Origin: the human T2T-CHM13v2.0 reference genome, Homo sapiens | DNA: 64,000 nt | NCBI RefSeq assembly: GCF_009914755.1 | Contig: NC_060928.1 | Reading direction: 5' to 3' (one strand) | In this document: piece by piece, positions 61,431 through 64,000 of the stretch | Layout: the number at the start of each line of letters is the position of its first letter | How positions within the stretch are numbered: position 1 is the first letter of the stretch | Translations under genes and position numbers: made by a program | Notes under the pieces: generated by a model | The model's database searches: none | What the model was told of the DNA's origin: nothing | Seen by the model: only the letters and a program-made list of their open reading frames with translations

Positions 61431-62799
61431 TGAATTTGCTTCTTATCTGTGGACTTCTTGGCTTTGATATTGGCCTGGCTTATTCCACGTGCCTATTTGC
61501 TGACTTCCATGATAGTACCCTCTTCCTGCCCAGAATCCTGTTCTTCATCAGCCCTCCTAATTGGGCTTCTCTCTCTTAGATGTTTTTGCTTCTTCTTTGT
61601 TTAGGTATAACTCAGGTCCTTGGTAAGATCACTTCATCCTTTGGGATTTAAATAAAATTAGCGTAAACACTGTAACTCTTATAATGTGGAAAGGTCAACT
61701 GAAGCCTCTACCAATATATCTGTGAATTAAATGAGGCTTATGTTCTTATGGTCATATGTTCCTGAGGACTCTCAAATTCATTTGTGCCATCTTCTGCAGT
61801 GGTTCTATTGGCCCTAAGCTAATCCATCCATGGAACCTAGTCCCTTTTCCTTGATTTCCCGAAATACTTTTCTTGGAATGCATTGCGTGTGTCTATGTGT
61901 GTGTGTAGAAATTTTATGAATTTGAATTGGTAAAAAGAATTACATGGAATTAAGTTAAAAGATGTTAGACTTCCTGTTCCTTTCTAAAAGAGTTCATTTT
62001 CTTGCCAAAAGGGATTTTCCAGTTGCTAAATTTTTCTGCAGGCCATCATGTTGACTGTGTCCCTGAGTCCTGTTCTTTGCTTCATTTTTCCCTTCTCTAC
62101 CCTTCTTCATTCTAGAATTCTAAGGGGCGTCACAAGGCTTAATTGGAGGATTGGTGTTAGGAACAATGAGGGTTATATGAATACCAATTTCACTGTCAGA
62201 TCCGGTGGCCAAGAAGTCATCATTGAAAAGGATGGATTTATTAAGATTCATTTCAATAGAAGTATCACTTCTCAGTGACCCAGTTCAGCTATTCTATTGT
62301 TCTTAATGTAACATTTAAGTGTACATGCTTTTATCCAACACTAAATATGTATTCTGGGACCCCTCTCTGGTGCTGTCCTCTCCACATGGGGGTAAATATT
62401 TGTGGGGAGGAGGCCTTAGGAGATGATGTGAAGGCAAGTGGGATGGACTTGGCATCACTCCTACTAAGATGGAAGATAGGTGAGGTCATTTGGATCAAAA
62501 TGCCTACTCATGAACAGTCTGCTAGCATAGGACCTGGGTATAGCTACTGCCATTCTTCTCATCTCTTCAGCTAATAAGGATGGATCTAGCATATATAGTG
62601 GGATGTCTCCATTTCCTCATTTTTCATAAACTCTTTAACTGACTCCATTGCAGCATCTACTTCCAATAAAACCACTAACACTATTCTCATTAAGGTCACA
62701 AGTGATGTTCGTAACATTATTTCCAATGGAAAATTATTTGTCCTCTTTGTTTTAAGCCTTGTAGCAATTATTGGTATAGTTACTCTCTCCTTTTTGTTT

Positions 62800-63355
62800 T
62801 TGCTTTTTAAATTTTTAACAGCCTCATAAAGCAAATTCACCTATTTTAAATGTATATATTGTTGGGTTTTGGTAAATGTATGCAGCCATCGAGGCGTTAC
62901 TACAATTCAGTTTAAGACTGACTGTATCATCCCCAAATGTTCCCTTATGCTCCTTAGGTACTCAACTGTCCCCAGGAAATCAGCAATCTGCTTTATGTCA
63001 TGACTTTTGACATTTAAGAAATTTCATATAAATAATGAATCATATAGTATGTACAAATTTGTCTGGTCCCTTTCACTTAGCATGATATTTTGAAATTCAC
63101 TCATATGGTTGCATGTGTCAGCTGTTCATTCTTTTTTATTGCTGAGTAACGGTCCATTGTTTGGATACATCATATTTTGTTTATCTACTTGTTGAACATT
63201 TGTATTATTTTCAGTCTTTGGTTATGCTGAATAACTCTGCTATAAACATTCACATAAAAGTTGTGTGAACATAGTTTTTCATTTCTCTTGAGTAGATATT
63301 TAGAAGAATCATGTGATTCATGTTCAATTTTGTAAGCAACTGCCAAACTGATTTA
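62800..63355 (-). mobile_element. L1MB-type 3' fragment
   Basis: ctttcacttagcatgatattttgaaattcactcatatggttgcatgtgtcagctgttcattcttttttattgctgagt. Confidence 0.7.
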
Positions 63356-63359
63356 AAAA

Positions 63360-64000
63360 GTGTCTGTACTGCAAAAGAAACTATCAGAGTGAACAGGCAA
63401 CCTACAGAATGGGAGAAAATTTTTGCAATCTGCCTATCTGAAAAAGGTCTAATATCCAGAATTTACAAGGAACTAAAACAAATTTACAAAAAAAACCCAA
63501 CCCCATCAAAAAGTGAGCAAAGGATATGAGCAGACACTTCTCAAAAGAAGACATTTATGCGGCCAACAAACATGAACAAAAGCTCAACATCACTGATTGT
63601 CAGAGAAATGCAAATCAAAACCACAGTGAGATACCATCTCACACCAGTCGGAATGGTGATTATTAAAAAGTCAGGAAACAATAGATGCTGGCGAGTCTGT
63701 GGAGAAATAGGAACACTTTTACACTGTTGGTGGGAATGTCAATTAGTCCAACCATTGTCCAAGACAGTATGGCAATTACTCAAGGATCTAGAACCAGAAA
63801 TACCATTTGACCCAGCAATCCCATTACTGGTTATATACCCAAAGGAATATAAATCATTTTATTACAAAGACACATGCACACATATGTTTATTGCAGCACT
63901 ATTTACAATAGCAAAGACATGGAACCAACCCAAATGCCCATCAATGATAGACTGGATAAAGAAAATGTGGTACATATACATCATGGAATACTATGCAGCC
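63360..64000 (+). mobile_element. L1PA (older, ~PA10-13) ORF2 3' region, runs off the right window edge
   Basis: [21 protein letters not shown]; ctagaaccagaaataccatttgacccagcaatccc. Confidence 0.9.

Overview
AT-rich, CpG-poor primate (very likely human) nuclear DNA, intergenic or deep intronic. I recognise no cellular protein-coding exon, RNA gene or CpG-island promoter. More than half of the window is layered transposable elements: MaLR/ERVL LTR elements (MST, MLT1, MLT2, THE1, an ERVL-type pol remnant), L1s of many ages, L2/MIR, seven Alus plus a FLAM, and hAT MITEs. The longest ORFs are L1 ORF1/ORF2 pieces; other ORFs are antisense or chance frames. The most notable items are: (i) a very young 5'-truncated L1 (43446-46409) with a perfect 17-bp TSD and an unusual ACT/A diagnostic haplotype between L1PA2 and pre-Ta; (ii) a perfect 45-bp-arm palindrome created inside an ancient L2 (24811-24908), plus several smaller template-switch scars; (iii) a likely ancient non-LTR ORF1 esterase remnant (~31600-32110); (iv) an L1MA with both termini and an internal inversion plus deletion. 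I found no convincing new multi-gene system. Subfamily names come from recalled consensus features, not a database search, and old-repeat boundaries are approximate.
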